Source: Lama guanicoe
Lineage: Eukaryota
Length of the DNA stretch: 64,000 bases
Assembly (NCBI GenBank): GCA_013239625.1
Contig: MU054323.1
Coordinates: 5,693,220-5,757,219 of the forward strand
Reading direction: 5' to 3'
The notes beneath the pieces were generated by a model that saw nothing but the letters and a program-made list of their open reading frames with translations, had not been told where the DNA came from and searched no databases. Both the position numbers and the translations under genes were made by a program. This document shows, one piece after another, positions 60,683-64,000 of the stretch (the first letter of the stretch is position 1; each line of letters opens with the position of its first letter).

Positions 60683-63600
60683 TTGCTGTTTCATTGAAGA
60701 ATCCTAACAACAAGGATAACAAGATCGGTTAAGAGCAGAGTCCAGGTCTGCATGCCCAGTTTCCTGACCCTGGTGGCCGCTCCCACTATTTTGAAGGATA
60801 ATTATCACTTTAGATTTACAAACCCAGAAAAATTGAAAACGCTTTCCACATCACCTCTTAAACATGGGGCAACACAGTGTTACTAACAAGTATGTAATTC
60901 ATGTATCTACAAACCTTTGCTATAGGCTTTTGTGTCAACAAATAGGAAAGTTAAAAACCAGATGCTCAGCCTCGAGGAAGGGATTGCAATTGATGGGATT
61001 TTCAAAACGAGAAAATGGTCCAGGTCCAAGGAAATGGTGTTCGGTCACAGTATCCTAAGAGTGTTCACTGGAAGGATTTTCCTCCTCCTGTCATTCTGAG
61101 GATCTTAATGGGTTTGAACTGATTCACTGAGCCATGCTGCTGAAAAAGAAGGGATGTGGCAAGCCTTCGTGCTTCCAGTCATGCTTTTGGGGGCCAGATC
61201 AAAAGGCACCTCAGAACTTCTAGGTTTGAATGTGTTTTCACCAGGAAAAAGAAATCACTGGGCAAGACTTCCCAAGCATTTATGGTGTTCCCTGCCTTTC
61301 CCCGGGTCTCTCTCAATGGAGCAGAAGGTGGAGCCTCCCTGGTCCTCACTTTTGGGCAGTTAACCATGGGGATGTGGGCGTCAACTCCACACCTAAGGGA
61401 TAAGAGAGAGCCAGCTTTACTATTCCAAGAAGCCCGGGTTGTAGTTTCCATGGGACCAATATATCTGATACCATCACAGTCTACAAACATCCTCACCGTG
61501 GTCGGGGGGATGGAGACAAACTGGTGGAGAAACGTGTCCAGAGACCAGCAGTGATAATTCTGCATCCAGCACCCCCTGCAGAAGTGATGAAGACCTCCTT
61601 ACAGCAGCTCAGACTGGCACCTAGAGGTTCCAGGAGAGACATCACCCCACTGCCTGGCAGCTACCACCTGGCACTCTCTCACTTCACTACACGAATCACC
61701 ATCATTCTGGAGGCCTCTGATTGCCTCTAGGTCCCCCTGTTCCATCCAGGCAAGAAGAACCACAGCAGGGACTCAGAGAAGTGGGTTGGGAAGGGTATCG
61801 CTCTACAGGATGAGACACTGCATCACGAGAACTCACAACATCCCTCTGGGAAGTACAAAATGGCGTCATTACCTGTTCTGAAATTGAGGCCAGTGGGGCC
61901 ACCCACTAAATTATGTACCCTAAGACACAACCAGATGAGGACCTCTTTTCATACGTCCTACATACAACTCCAAGAGCCGCCCTTCTTTCCCCTGATGCAG
62001 GTTTTTGTCTAAATAACTGTAAGGATCTCAGCGCAGGGAGGGAAATACGCCTTGAAGGAGAGGAGAAATGCTAGTGATTTAGTGGGGTAGGGACCATGTG
62101 TGTGTGGGTGGTGGGGGGTGTGGAAAGCAGTGAGGCATTCTTCCAAGGATTGGGGACCATGAGCTCAAGTTCCCACCAATTAAAAAGGATGTCACTTTCC
62201 CATCTGCCCTGGAACAGGAGTTGAGCCCACACAGCTGAGCAGTGTTGCTCCAGCTCCACTCCCAACGAGAGGAGAGGTACAGAACACTAGGCACAAAGGT
62301 GTTCCACCCCAACACGCCTCGACCTTTCTGGACACAGCTGTGCAGGACCCCTAAGTCCACAGCCCCTTTTCTCACCTTTGATGAACCCCAGAGAAGTGCA
62401 CTGTTTAAGCTACTCAAGTCTCAAGAGTAGCTAGCCCGGCTGAGAGCTCAGCTCTGGACTTGCCCCTGAACTACACGGATGTCTAAGCCCGAGGTGCTCC
62501 TTGTCAATGCTGGCAGATGAGAAAGTTAGGATCATCTCGCACATTTCTGATTTATAGGATGCCCAGGGAGCATCCGAAACCTGGAAGGCTGAGTTCTATT
62601 AATTGGTTCCTTGGTCTGAGGCCAGACTACCAGGCAATACTTCCTGCTAACTTGTTGGATTCTCCAACACAGAATTACTTATTCATGAAGTTATTTAGAC
62701 CAAAATACTATTCAAGCTTTTTCATTCCCTTAGTTCCTCTAATAATCTATCATTGGAATTATACATTTGATTTCCAGTTATAAGCTAAGACTTAACCTCT
62801 GGGGCCCAGATATTGTCTTAGAAAATGCCAAGTTGAACCCAAAACAAAGCCAATAAAGAAGGAATCTAAAATTCCTTGGCACCACCATGCAGTTTTGAGT
62901 CTTATTTAAAACAACTATTCATTTTAATGACTGTTCAAGTTTATTTTCATAAAAATGTGTTTTACATAAGCCCCAAAGTTTCTCATACAATTAATTCCCT
63001 TCACAAAGAAACTGTGTTTCAAACCCAAAATGGTCATGCTGGTCTCTATGACCATGGAGTTTGTTTCTTTCAAGTTGCAATTGCCTTTTTAACACTGTAA
63101 TTAAGCTTAGGGGGGAAAAAAATCATAATGCAAACCAAATAAATCCTGCCCTTCACACAATTATGTATGGTATGTGGTGAGAAAAAAACGATCTAGGCTT
63201 TGTTCATCTTAAAATACACTTGGCAGCCACCTCACTTAATAAGCTCCTTTCTCTTTCTGAGAACAAGAAAGTCATGAAGTCCAAGTTGCAGTGGAGGAAG
63301 GCAGGCACCTCAGGAAGGGACGTCCTGCAGCGGGGACCTGCACGCAGGGGCTTGGAACACTGCTCCGATCTGGCTTCTTCGTGATCAGGAGTTTGTCTTT
63401 AAGTCTGACTCTCTGGGTCTGGCTTTCCTTATCGTCTGCCTTTGGTAGAACCTAATTGTTACATGGTGAAACGAGGCCCAACAGAGAGGGCTCATGGGCC
63501 TTGGTGCTCCTGCAGAACCCACGGGCCTCACCGAGCACCAGACGGCCGCTCTGGTCCCCTGTTTCACCGCCCCTCCCACTCCCCAGCCACACAGGACTTA

Positions 63601-64000
63601 GCCTGAGATCCTGTCCCGCTGCAGCCCCGCAGCCCTCTCGCCCAGGGCTGCATTCCACAGCTGAGAGCTTCCGCTGTGTCTATGCTGATCAGATCCCATT
63701 AGAGTAAGCCACCCCCTGGCTTCTTCTCCTCCTGTGTTCATGGGCCCCGGGGCGCTGCTGGGAGGCCACAGAATAGGGCAAACCCTCCGACCTACCCACT
63801 TCCCCACCCTCGCTTCCACTGCCGATAATCAGAACTTCTACCCAGAACTATTCCAAAACTATCCAACATTCTCCAAGTTCTGCACCCTCCAACCCAGAGA
63901 GCAATTGTTCTAAAATGCACATCCAATCAAGTCACACAACTTTCATCGGCACCACTGTTGCCCAAAGTGTGGACTGACACTTACACCAGCTTTTGAGGGT

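Noticed and set aside
63300..63830. GC- and CpG-richer stretch as a CpG-island promoter
   Set aside because: By rough count CpG observed/expected is well under 0.6, and no promoter or exon structure is evident
1..64000. CRISPR arrays, operons, tRNA/rRNA genes or an intact mobile element
   Set aside because: No repeat-spacer array or structural RNA signature seen; all L1 and transposase sequences carry stops and frameshifts

Overview
Repeat-rich mammalian non-coding DNA (intergenic or deep intronic). I recognise no protein-coding exon, RNA gene or CpG-island promoter. The ORF track is either chance ORFs or decayed LINE-1 ORF2 fragments. Roughly half of the window is recognisable transposon debris. 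Old eutherian families include MIR, L2, L1M/HAL1, MLT1/LTR16/LTR33/MER21 LTRs, hAT MITEs and a Tc2/Kanga transposase remnant. Several younger 5'-truncated L1 3' ends of artiodactyl type carry target-site duplications. Their 3'UTR style, and my failure to find ruminant, pig or whale SINEs, suggest a camelid (inference). There is one 108-N assembly gap. I did not find a convincing new biological system. The best oddities are small: a dense TGACA/TGTCA degenerate repeat, an 11-bp-period CAGA-box array, an almost pure poly(A) TPRT insertion, a young L1 inserted at an older L1's RT catalytic motif, and an L1 lacking its RT core. Repeat family names come from recalled consensus sequences, not from a search; subfamily calls and boundaries are approximate.
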